NCBI GenBank assembly: GCA_964249315.1
Contig: CAXUCM010000001.1
Location: forward strand, 1-35,946
DNA length: 35,946 nt
From: an uncultured Acetobacteraceae bacterium
Lineage (GTDB): Bacteria; Pseudomonadota; Alphaproteobacteria; Acetobacterales; Acetobacteraceae
Direction: 5' to 3'
This document shows positions 23,006 through 32,063 of the stretch, piece after piece (position 1 is the stretch's first letter; each line of letters opens with the position of its first letter). Both the position numbers and the translations under genes were made by a program. Under the pieces are notes generated by a model. The model had not been told where the DNA came from. It made no database searches and saw only the letters and a program-made list of their open reading frames with translations.

Positions 23006-25390
23006 TCAGAAGCGTGTCCCGATTGCCGCCGTTATCGTCAACGGCTCACCGTACTGACGCAGCGCAAAGCCGGCATACACGACATCGAAGGCACCGACCT
23101 GGTTCAACCGACTGAAGGCGTTGTCGACGTTGAATTGCAGATACCAGCTCCGAGGCGCATCCACACGAAGCCAGAAATTGGCAAGCGCATAGGGAGGTGC
23201 ACGGTCGAGCGGGATGTTAAGCAGGTTGTAGTAGGTCTGTCCGACATATCGGCCGGTATAGCCGAGAGTGAGTCCGAAGGCGTGACCCAGGTTGAAGAAC
23301 TTCGACGCGCCCCAGTTGAAGGCAGTCCGCGGCGCCAGGTTCGGCCGCTGACCCTCACCGTTCGGCGCGCCGTTGACGTCGCGAACCAGGAAGTGGTTGT
23401 ACTCCGCGTTGGCGAACAGCGTCACGGTCGGTAGCGGGCGAGCATTTACTTCGACGTCATAGCCGTAGGCCGTCGCATCCTTGTCGATGACCGTCGCTAT
23501 GATGCCATCGAACAGGAAATTCTGATTGTTGTGGTAGTCATAGTAGTAGCCGGTAGTGTTGATGGTCAATCGCTTGTTGAAGAACTGCGCCTTTTCGCCA
23601 ATCTCGCCGTCATAAAGCTGTTCCGGCGCGTAGGCGACCCCTCCCGGTGGTATCTCAGCGCCGACGGGCGCGGTAAACCCCCCTGCCTTGAACCCCTTGT
23701 TGAGACTTGTATATAGAAGAAGGTTATTGTACGGCTGGTAGTTGAGCTCTATCTTGCCGCTCCAGTCGCCATCCGAGGTGCTCTCTCGATAGCCGTTGAC
23801 GCTCGGTATGCCGATGATCGGAAACACGCTGTCTCCGGAGGGACCGAGATCTCCGGAGCCACAGGCCCCGATCGCGTCCTCGTAACAATGGTCGTTAAGG
23901 TGCAAGCGTTCTTGATCTGCGCTGTAACGAGCGCCGAGAATGAACGTAACCTGCTTGCTTATCTGATACTCTCCTTGCGAATAGACAGCCTCGGACACGG
24001 TCCTGACCTGATAGTTGTTCTCGGTGTCCTGGTGCGGGATATCTCCCGGACCCTCGAAGACTGGAACGATGTTATAGTTGGAGTAATCTCCATCGATGTA
24101 GAGAAAGTAGACCCCGGCCGTGTAGTGGAAGCGGCCAGTCGAGCCGGTCAACCGGAACTCCTGCTGCGCATCGAAGGCCCGGGACTGGACACCAGCCTCG
24201 AACTCGTTGATCGGCGTCGAGTCGGTATCCTCGCGGTAAACGGCACGGTCATAGGCGGCAGCTGTCACCGACGTGAACTTGTTGTTGCCGTTCAGCTGAT
24301 AATCGACCGTCGCCGACAACGTATCCGTGGCGTTGTTGTCTGCCCCGGGGTCGTTGAGCGCCACCTTGAGATCACTGACCGGATACGGGTTGCGATAGCC
24401 GTAGAAGTCGCCGCCGGGCACGCCGTACGCGTTGACATTTGGCGGCAAGAGTACGTCGACGCCTGCGCTATTGGTATAGGCCGGCGTCGAGATGTATCCG
24501 GGCGCAGTCCTGGTCTCGTTGAAGCCCTGGAAGCGGACCGTGACCGTCGTTGCGTCGGACGGCGTATATCGGAGCTGATCGCGATAGGCGAAGACCTCGG
24601 AGTTGCCGCGGTTCGCCCCGAGCACGTTATCGATGAAGCCCTGTTGCGTCTGGTAGTAGAACGAGAAGCGGTTCGCGACCCTGTCATTGCCGAGATCGAG
24701 AACGCCCTGGAGCCTGTACAAGTCGCGCGAGCCGGTTGCCGCCTCGATCGCACCGCTGAAGCCTGGAAGCGGCGGTGCACTGATGTATTGGATCGCGCCG
24801 CCGGTTGCGTTGCGCCCGAACAACGTACCTTGCGGGCCACGCAGGACTTCGACGCGCTGCAGATCGAACAGCGGAATCGAGGCGGCGGTCGCGAACGGGC
24901 TGTAGACACCATCCGTATAGGCGGCGTTCGGCTGCTCCTCGTGATCCGAGACGTCAGACTCGCCGACACCGCGAATTACGAACGTCGCGACGCCAGCGCC
25001 GGTCGACGTCGTGGCGTTCACACCCGGCACCAGCCTCTCCAGCTCCTCCGCGGACTGGATGTTGTTGCGTCCCAGCGTCGCACCGGATAGCGCGGTGAGC
25101 GAGACACCGACCTTCTGGGCCGGTTGCTCACGACGGTTCGCCGTGACGACGACATCCTCGCTCGGGTTTGCGCTTGCTGGCGCACCCTTCGTGACGGCTG
25201 ACGAAGTTCCTTTCGTTGCCGGCACCTTCGCCGCCCGGTTGCCGGGCTGAGCCGCCGCAGCGGCTGCGGACTGCCCGTTCGAAGGCTGAACCGGCGTCGC
25301 TTGTGCAAAAGCGGAGACTGAGGACATCAGGCTCAGTGACGACGTGATGGAAAGCAGTCCCACCCACCGCGATGCAGCGAAAGCCGTCAT
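23006..25390 (-). CDS. TonB-dependent outer-membrane receptor
   Basis: Start moved to ATG 25390 (AGGGAG SD). Signal peptide ending AFAQ, TonB-box-like EDVVVTA, plug motif RVEVLRGPQGTLFGRNATGG, C-terminal Phe. Confidence 0.93.
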   Translation of the reverse strand: MTAFAASRWVGLLSITSSLSLMSSVSAFAQATPVQPSNGQSAAAAAAQPGNRAAKVPATKGTSSAVTKGAPASANPSEDVVVTANRREQPAQKVGVSLTALSGATLGRNNIQSAEELERLVPGVNATTSTGAGVATFVIRGVGESDVSDHEEQPNAAYTDGVYSPFATAASIPLFDLQRVEVLRGPQGTLFGRNATGGAIQYISAPPLPGFSGAIEAATGSRDLYRLQGVLDLGNDRVANRFSFYYQTQQGFIDNVLGANRGNSEVFAYRDQLRYTPSDATTVTVRFQGFNETRTAPGYISTPAYTNSAGVDVLLPPNVNAYGVPGGDFYGYRNPYPVSDLKVALNDPGADNNATDTLSATVDYQLNGNNKFTSVTAAAYDRAVYREDTDSTPINEFEAGVQSRAFDAQQEFRLTGSTGRFHYTAGVYFLYIDGDYSNYNIVPVFEGPGDIPHQDTENNYQVRTVSEAVYSQGEYQISKQVTFILGARYSADQERLHLNDHCYEDAIGACGSGDLGPSGDSVFPIIGIPSVNGYRESTSDGDWSGKIELNYQPYNNLLLYTSLNKGFKAGGFTAPVGAEIPPGGVAYAPEQLYDGEIGEKAQFFNKRLTINTTGYYYDYHNNQNFLFDGIIATVIDKDATAYGYDVEVNARPLPTVTLFANAEYNHFLVRDVNGAPNGEGQRPNLAPRTAFNWGASKFFNLGHAFGLTLGYTGRYVGQTYYNLLNIPLDRAPPYALANFWLRVDAPRSWYLQFNVDNAFSRLNQVGAFDVVYAGFALRQYGEPLTITAAIGTRF

Positions 25391-25781
25391 GTCTCTCTCC
25401 CTGTCGAGCCAGCGATCGACGCCGCCAAGTCTAAAAAAGGTATCGAAGTAAGTAGAGCGAGACCATGACAGATCAACTATATCAGCTATTCGTGGCGAAA
25501 CCGTCACGGAAGCCACGATGCCCTGCAGGGCCGACCTCACGCAGCGCGATGCGACTTCCCCGCCTGGAGACGGGACCGCGATGTCGGGTCCGGCTTGGAC
25601 AACGACACGCACGTGGCTTCGGGCAGATACTCGGCTTGTAGCGTCTAAATATCGTTTATCTCACGATGGCAGCCGTAGATCGGCCATTTTGATTTCGAAA
25701 TGACGTGACCATAGGCGACATCAAGATCCGACTGCGCCGCTGCGCGCTAGGTCCGAGCACCGAGGTCGGATACGTCGTCTG

Positions 25782-26640
25782 TCACAACAGGCGGTTCCTG
25801 CGGATGTAGCGGCCCTCCATGATCGCCGTGAGGAACCTAGCATTCCGCTCCCGCGTCGCTTTCCTTGCGGCCGAAATATGCTCGGGGGTTTTGATGACCG
25901 GCACGTAGAAATCGGTGTTGTCGGCGATGCCTACCTTTGTGCCGGCTTCGGCATGCGCTCGGATCGCCTGCACACCGAGACCATGTGCCAGCACGCCATG
26001 ATGGCGCACCTGATTGACCTCCATCGGCCCCAGCCTCAGTCCCGGCGCGTGGATGCCGGTGCGATGGCCGAGATCGGTGAAGCAGGAGAGCTCGTTTGGC
26101 GTCATAAATCGTGGACGCGGTCCGAAAGCTTGCCGGCCATGAAGCCTGCGTAATCGGCGAAGGCGTCAGCCGTATCGCGGTTCTGCCATCCTCCCGGCAG
26201 TGCCTGCGGCAGATCCCAATGGAACATCGTGACGTAGGGGCGGATGCCGGCGGCAAGCAGGCCGTCGATGACCTGGTTGTAATGGTCGATCCCATTCTGG
26301 TTGGGCTGACCGCGACCTTCCGGAAAGATGCGCGCCCAGGCGACCGACATGCGATAGCTGTTTACCCCTAGCGCTTTCAGAAGCGCCGTGTCCTCAGGGT
26401 AACGATGGTAGCTCTCACAGGCGATCTTGCCCGAACTATGCGAGAACACGTCCCAGTTGGTAAGGCCACGTCCGTACTCCGTCACCGCGCCTCGATCTAA
26501 TAGGCTGCGGTCGCGCAGCCCCAGCCGAAATTCTTGGGAAAGGAGAGGTCGATCGGCTTTGCCGCCGCCCGCTGTGATCCGGCGGCCATCCCTGCGCCGA
26601 ATGCAAGTCCAGTCCGCAATAGACCCCGACGCCTCATCAT
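25782..26640 (-). pseudogene. GH1 beta-glucosidase pseudogene with Tat signal
   Basis: MMRRRGLL leader, FPKNFGWGCATAAY then TAG (normally Q-IEG), frameshift to GRGLTNWD...YRMSVAWARIFP...TMFHWDLP, frameshift to TPNE acid/base. Truncated before the ENG nucleophile. Confidence 0.88.
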
Positions 26641-26714
26641 CCTCTTATCGCTTCGCCCTTGACGACAATACTTCGAGAATGATGAGGTTCGTCGCTGACA
26701 AGCAGTGGACGACG

Positions 26715-27776
26715 TCACACTTTGCCGAAAGCTCGAGCGATCGCGTTGTCCAGCGCTTGCGTGTATTGCAACGTTGCACGTGCGGATGGAGCGACGTCGA
26801 ATCCGTGGTAGGCGCCGGGCAGTACAAGCAGTTCCGTCAGTACCCCTGCATCGAGAAGCCGACGGGCATATTCCACGTCCTCATCGATGAAGAGATCGAT
26901 CGATCCGACACAGAGGAAGGATGCAGGCAGCGCGGAGAGATCCTCGACCCGAGCCGGCACAGCGCCCCTGGGTACAGCCGCCGACCCTGCCGGGACGCCC
27001 AGCAGGGACGACCACCCGAAGCGATTCATCGCCCTCGTCCAGACGAACGTGCCGATCCAAGGTGCCGGCTCACGTCCGCTTCCGGTGCGGTCGTCCAACA
27101 TCGGGTATAGCAGGATCTGGAGGCAGATGGGCACCTCGCCGCGATCTCGAGCGGCGATGGCCAAGGCTGCCGCATGCCCACCGCCAGCGCTCTCTCCCAT
27201 GATCGCGATACGGGTGGCATCAACGCCGAGCTCGTCTGCGTGGCCATGAAGCCAGCGAAGGGCCGCGTAATTGTCTTCCAGGGAACCTGGAAAGGGCGTT
27301 TCCGGTGCGAGCCGGTAATCAACGGTGATAATCAGGCAAGCGTGCCTCAAGGCAATAGCTTGGAGATAGCTGATGATGTCAATGGCGCGCCCGAAGACGT
27401 AACCACCTCCATGCATGTGTAAGATGGCAGGACGCGGTGCCCCAGATGCGTGGCCTATGATATAGACACGGACATCCGGCTGCCCATGGCTCCCGGGTAC
27501 CACTCGTTCTGAAAAGTGAGGCACTCGTCCGGGAGGCGGGGACGCTTTGTCAAATTCCGTTCGCATGCGCTGAAGAGTTTCTGCATTTAGAACGTCGTTC
27601 GTAATTCCGGTAACACTACCGGTTAGTAGGAGTAAAGAGGATCTGAGTTCTGGATCCACCAGCAACATTGGATCCATACGCCCGTGAGGACACTGTCCAG
27701 CCATCAAAGGCCAGGGGCGGCTCAGGATGCCACCGGTAGCGCCCAAGACTGCCGATGTGAGTTGTCGTCGTGACAT
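26715..27776 (-). CDS. HSL-family alpha/beta hydrolase (Aes-like esterase), Tat-like leader
   Basis: MSRRQL leader, HGGG oxyanion motif, DYRLAPE, GESAGG, DLFIDE, HGF. Alternative start at 27785. Confidence 0.9.
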   Translation of the reverse strand: MSRRQLTSAVLGATGGILSRPWPLMAGQCPHGRMDPMLLVDPELRSSLLLLTGSVTGITNDVLNAETLQRMRTEFDKASPPPGRVPHFSERVVPGSHGQPDVRVYIIGHASGAPRPAILHMHGGGYVFGRAIDIISYLQAIALRHACLIITVDYRLAPETPFPGSLEDNYAALRWLHGHADELGVDATRIAIMGESAGGGHAAALAIAARDRGEVPICLQILLYPMLDDRTGSGREPAPWIGTFVWTRAMNRFGWSSLLGVPAGSAAVPRGAVPARVEDLSALPASFLCVGSIDLFIDEDVEYARRLLDAGVLTELLVLPGAYHGFDVAPSARATLQYTQALDNAIARAFGKV

Positions 27777-27810
27777 GCAACCCATGCGAGGTATCTACGT
27801 ATCAAGGATT

Positions 27811-27933
27811 AAGGTAGGGCTCCGTCCCATCGATCCGCTTCGCGGCTCGATCGCCAAAGGCTCGCCGTTGGAAACCTCTTATAAATGGATTCTCAAGGCT
27901 TCGCCTTGAGCGGGTCCAGGGCGGAGCCCTGGT
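27811..27933 (-). repeat. REP doublet (BIME/REPIN-like), copy A
   Basis: 27886-27932 is the reverse complement of the 1-51 unit with stems intact and loops changed. 27811-27877 is a second, related unit in the opposite orientation. The whole block aligns to the reverse complement of 31732-31857. Confidence 0.8.
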
Positions 27934-27973
27934 CTCCCTTGAGCCCAGCACGAAATCGACAGGTATAAGTTTA

Positions 27974-30259
27974 TCAATCAGCCATTTTCACGGCGACGTT
28001 GCGAGACGAGACCGTTGGATTGTGTGCAGTGCCGTCTGGGTCCGCGATCGCATGAAGCTCATAAAGGCCCGCCACTGCCGGTGCCTCCAGATCCAGGAAG
28101 TAGGTTTGCGCGCCTAGTGCAGCCAGCGAGAAGGACGATGTTGCAACAGACACCTCGCGGCCCGCGAGGTCCGTGAAGACCAGGCGGAGTCGACCCGTTG
28201 TCGCATGATCCTCGTCGTTGACCATACTGATACCGTAATGGTAAGACTGCCTCGACTTGAGCGTGGATTGCCAGAAGTTCAAATAGACGCCGAGCGGCTT
28301 GAAGGCTTGTTCCATCGCACGGGCGAAGTGCGGCTCCAGGGTCAGATGGGCAAGGTCGACGAAGTTGTCGGATGTGAACCCATGTGGTTCGCTTGCCGTC
28401 AGATAGGCGAAGTGCAGGACGGCCGTGTAACGCCTGTAGGCGCGCCAGAACTCGGTCTCGCCCCCCAGGATGTACGCGGCAAGGTCTCGGCGGTTCTCGA
28501 CCGTGTTCCTGGCGCCGAGCAGCTTGGGGTAGAGCTTTTCCGTCAGCAGGGTCGGTGAGCCGTCCCGGTTCAACCACAGCCAGCCATATTCGTTCAGGAT
28601 GCCGGCATGACCGGTCTTCAGGAAAGGCTGCGGTCCCGGACCCTGCAGGCTTTCCAGGTCTTTCAGGTGGAAGACGGTGCCCTCGCCGCCGGCGTCGAAG
28701 CCGTCAGCCGGATACTCCAGGAAATATTGGTGATCTTCCACCGGATCGTCAGGGCCGTTGGGCGAATTGTAGCTGTCTTCCCAGGCGCGGCCCGACAGGT
28801 CCAATCCCCGAACGGCGGGGATCACCTTGGAGGAAAGCTCGGGGAAGTCGGACTCGTTGGAGGCATCCCAGAGCACCACGCTGGGATGGTTCCAATCGTC
28901 ACGCATCCATTCCCTGAACTCGCCGATAAGCTCGTCGATGTCGTAGGACGACTTCCATATCGTAAATAGCGGCGAGCCGGTCCAGATCGGGTATTCGTCC
29001 TCGATCAGCAGGCCGTTCTCGTCCGCCAGTTCCAGCCAGCGGTCCGGCGGCGGTCCGAGCGTGAAACGGAAGGCATTCCAATGGAGCTGTCTAGGGATGT
29101 CGACCAGGAGCCGATGAAGCCAGGCATCGTTCCATGGCAGGGTCCCCGACTGCGGGTCCTCATAGAACCGGTTGATGGCAATGTTGGACCCTCGCATGAA
29201 GAAAGGGCGTCCATTCAAGTAGGCACGCTGGGTCACCGTATCGAAATGGAACTCCCGCATACCGAAACGCGTCGCGAGCTCGTCGCCGCTCGTTCGGGTA
29301 TCAAGCTCATAGAGGAACGGATCCGACGGGCTCCAGAGATGGGCGTTCGGTATAGGCACCACCGAGCGAACCTGCGCGGTTGCCCCTGCAGGAAGGGTGA
29401 CCTGGACCGTCTTGACTGCGGAAGCAGCTCGACCCGACTTGCGCTCGAACACCTGTTGGCGAAGTTCGCTGGTGACCGGATGGTCCGAATAGTTGTGCAG
29501 TTGCGTCTGCACGAGCATGCCAGCGTTGGGGTTGCCGGTGCTTGCGAGTCGAGGTGCCGCCTGAACCGTCGCGATCACCGGGTTGTTCATGGTCATCAGG
29601 GTCACGTCGTCATAGATACCCGGCGTCCACCGGTTCTTCTCGAAGTCGGTGCCACCGGATACGGACGGCGGCAAAACGCCCGGATGAGCGCCGATCCTGA
29701 TGACCAGCTCATTGTCCGCGTTCCAGCGGATCGCGCGGGTCGCATCGAAAAAGGCGGCGGTAAAGCAAGGCGCATGCTCGCCAATGCGCACGCCGTTCAG
29801 GAACACGGCCGCACCGAACTGCGCCTTGCTGATTTTCAGGATGGCCACCGCCACCGGACGAGGCGCCTTGAAGGTTTTTTCATACCAGAAGTAGTTGCGT
29901 GCCTGGTGCGAGATACCGCGGATATCACCCAGTCTGTCGTACTCGGCCCGGCTGTAGAGGCCGTAGAAGCTCCAGTTGGAGAGGAGCTGCTTGGTGACAT
30001 ACTGATCGACATCGGGAAATGCGGGCATGGCGGAGTGAGCAAGGCCGGGGACCGGACCATGATGCGAGAACGTACTCGGAACCCGATCCGGGCCTACGCT
30101 GTCGGCGATACGCCAGTCGCCGTCCAGCGACAAGGTGGTGCGACGGGAAAGCGCGTCGGCGGTCGCGCTGCGAGCCGGCCCGATCAGGGCCATGGCGAAG
30201 AAGCCGACCGCCAGTCGCCTGGAGAACACCAGACGTGTCTTGCCGCCGCAACGTCTCAT
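27974..30259 (-). CDS. Glycoside hydrolase family 2 protein, probably exported
   Basis: Start moved to ATG 30259 (ATGA overlap with the upstream gene). SRR-containing leader, LSLDGDW, HLWSPSDPFLY, RFGMREF, LNGRPFFMRG, NHPSVVLWDASNE acid/base, NEYG nucleophile. Confidence 0.88.
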   Translation of the reverse strand: MRRCGGKTRLVFSRRLAVGFFAMALIGPARSATADALSRRTTLSLDGDWRIADSVGPDRVPSTFSHHGPVPGLAHSAMPAFPDVDQYVTKQLLSNWSFYGLYSRAEYDRLGDIRGISHQARNYFWYEKTFKAPRPVAVAILKISKAQFGAAVFLNGVRIGEHAPCFTAAFFDATRAIRWNADNELVIRIGAHPGVLPPSVSGGTDFEKNRWTPGIYDDVTLMTMNNPVIATVQAAPRLASTGNPNAGMLVQTQLHNYSDHPVTSELRQQVFERKSGRAASAVKTVQVTLPAGATAQVRSVVPIPNAHLWSPSDPFLYELDTRTSGDELATRFGMREFHFDTVTQRAYLNGRPFFMRGSNIAINRFYEDPQSGTLPWNDAWLHRLLVDIPRQLHWNAFRFTLGPPPDRWLELADENGLLIEDEYPIWTGSPLFTIWKSSYDIDELIGEFREWMRDDWNHPSVVLWDASNESDFPELSSKVIPAVRGLDLSGRAWEDSYNSPNGPDDPVEDHQYFLEYPADGFDAGGEGTVFHLKDLESLQGPGPQPFLKTGHAGILNEYGWLWLNRDGSPTLLTEKLYPKLLGARNTVENRRDLAAYILGGETEFWRAYRRYTAVLHFAYLTASEPHGFTSDNFVDLAHLTLEPHFARAMEQAFKPLGVYLNFWQSTLKSRQSYHYGISMVNDEDHATTGRLRLVFTDLAGREVSVATSSFSLAALGAQTYFLDLEAPAVAGLYELHAIADPDGTAHNPTVSSRNVAVKMAD

Positions 30260-31473
30260 AGCCGGTTCCACAGGCGTCCCTCCTGGACCGTAGCGTCCAG
30301 GGGGGAGGACTTGATGGCGTTCGTCAAACGTTGGTGCCAAGCCACGTCGCGCCACATGCCCCGGAACTGGGGTCCGCAGAAGTTGCTGGTCGCGATCGCC
30401 ACCCATTGCCCGGTGGCGGTCGCTGCCAAAGCGCCCAGGGCGCAGACCTCCTTGACCCAGTCCCAGGGGAGCAGAGGCCAGTCCTTGTAGTCGACGATGG
30501 CCCAGCATTCCGTCGTCATCAGCGGTTTCTTCGCAGCGCGAGCCGCAGCTGCCAACTGGCCAATGTTGTCGGTGAGCAGCGTCTGCCAGTATCGAGGTCT
30601 TTGCGCGTATAGCCTGGCGGCATGGAACTGGACGTTGTGAAAGCCCTTCTCCGAAAACTTTTCATAGTTGTAGCCCGCATGCTTATAAAACTCGTCGTCG
30701 TTCTGCGTCACCATCCACAGATGTTGTTCAATGGCGTCGACGAAGCCAAGATCTCGACTGGCGAAGAGCTCGTAATCGACGCCGTCGGTCGAGAAGAGCA
30801 GCGGCAGCTCGGGATAGCGAGAACGAACGAGTGCGATCGCGGTTCGCATCCAGGCCATGGCGCGCGGGTCGTCCCAACGTCCCCAATCCAGCGGCGGTTG
30901 CAGGAAGGGCGCCCAGACCGGGCTCGGCCATTCGTTGCAGAGATCGACGTAGAGGATGGTGTCGAGAAGACCGGCCTTGGCAATGCTGTCCAGGGTGGCG
31001 TTCCAGACCTGCGCCATCTTCTCGGGACCGGTGATCGTCAGGCGCGTATCCTTCTCGTCCTGACGGAACCACGTCGACAAGGCGACCTTGATCTTGCGGT
31101 CGCGGCACTTGCGCAGGAACGTATGGAGTTCCGGTTCGACGCGCACCACGACGAAGGTCGGCGCACCCCAATCCTGGGTCTCCCAGACGGGTTTCAGCAG
31201 CCAGGATTTCAGCGGACCTGCCGCGAGCAGGTGTGGATAGGGGTCGATACGCAGCGCGTCGTATCCGCGTGCGGCAAGACCATCGAGCGCTTCGTCCCAA
31301 TCCTCGTAGCCGGCTCCGGGCCAACGCCGCTCCAGCCATGAGAAATCCCACATTGCGATGGCGCGCGCCCGTTTGGGTCTCCCGGCAGCCCGCGTGGCCC
31401 GCTCTGCAGGGACCGCAGCCGCCAACGAAAGGGCAGTCCCACCGATCCCACGCAGAAACATCTTACGATTCAT
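30256..31473 (-). CDS. Cellulase-like (GH5-like, clan GH-A) protein with Tat-like leader
   Basis: Start ATG 31473 (AGGAG SD), MNRKMFL leader, AIAMWDFSWLERRWPGAGYEDWD, RIDPYP, DLCNE, TTECW. Confidence 0.8.
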   Translation of the reverse strand: MNRKMFLRGIGGTALSLAAAVPAERATRAAGRPKRARAIAMWDFSWLERRWPGAGYEDWDEALDGLAARGYDALRIDPYPHLLAAGPLKSWLLKPVWETQDWGAPTFVVVRVEPELHTFLRKCRDRKIKVALSTWFRQDEKDTRLTITGPEKMAQVWNATLDSIAKAGLLDTILYVDLCNEWPSPVWAPFLQPPLDWGRWDDPRAMAWMRTAIALVRSRYPELPLLFSTDGVDYELFASRDLGFVDAIEQHLWMVTQNDDEFYKHAGYNYEKFSEKGFHNVQFHAARLYAQRPRYWQTLLTDNIGQLAAAARAAKKPLMTTECWAIVDYKDWPLLPWDWVKEVCALGALAATATGQWVAIATSNFCGPQFRGMWRDVAWHQRLTNAIKSSPLDATVQEGRLWNRL

Positions 31474-31501
31474 CAAGCATCTCCTGGGAGGCACTTGGAG
31501 A

Positions 31502-32018
31502 TTACAGCCATGATGCCCTTACCCCCTCAACAGGCAAGCCCGAGTAGATCGAGGCGGCAGGGTTAAGCTGATATGACCGCGGCGGAACGGCTTGGATAGC
31601 GCCGGAGCTGGCGTTCGGCAGCTGCATGCCCATCGCCACGCTTGCCGTGGCTTCGTTGTTCGACGCAGCGCACTCGAGGTTGTCCAGGATCAGGCTTGTG
31701 TAACAGCAAACGACCTTGAGCATGACCGTCCAAGGCCAGGGCTCCGCCCTGGACCCGCTCAAGGCTCAGCCTTGAGAATCCAATTATCTTGGTTTCCACA
31801 CGCCGAGGCCTTTGGTGCTTGAGCCGCGAAGCGGACCAATGGGCAGAGCCCAGCCTTCCTCTTCCATCAGCCGGGACTTTGCGCGTGCCAAAGCGGTCTA
31901 TCCACCTTCGTCCGCTGGAGGGTTTCATGGCCGCTGAAGCCAGCTCGATAGGCTTCCCTGATATGTCTGGATCCAGATCCGAAGTAGTTCCGTCGGAACG
32001 ATACCAGCTATTCCGCAT
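31502..32018 (-). pseudogene. Possible gene remnant interrupted by the REP doublet
   Basis: Strong GGAGGAG SD before ATG 32018. The frame runs into the repeat, and a separate short coding-like segment follows it (LILDNL...VPPRSYQL). No clear family. Confidence 0.3.
31732..31857 (+). repeat. REP doublet (BIME/REPIN-like), copy B
   Basis: Unit 1 at 31732-31782 is near-identical to 1-51. An AT-rich spacer follows, then an inverted unit 2 at 31791-31857. Outer ends AAGGC...GCCTT. Confidence 0.85.
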
Positions 32019-32063
32019 GTCTTGGACACTCCTCCCACCATGTGCAAGTTGATGGTTTGAGGC

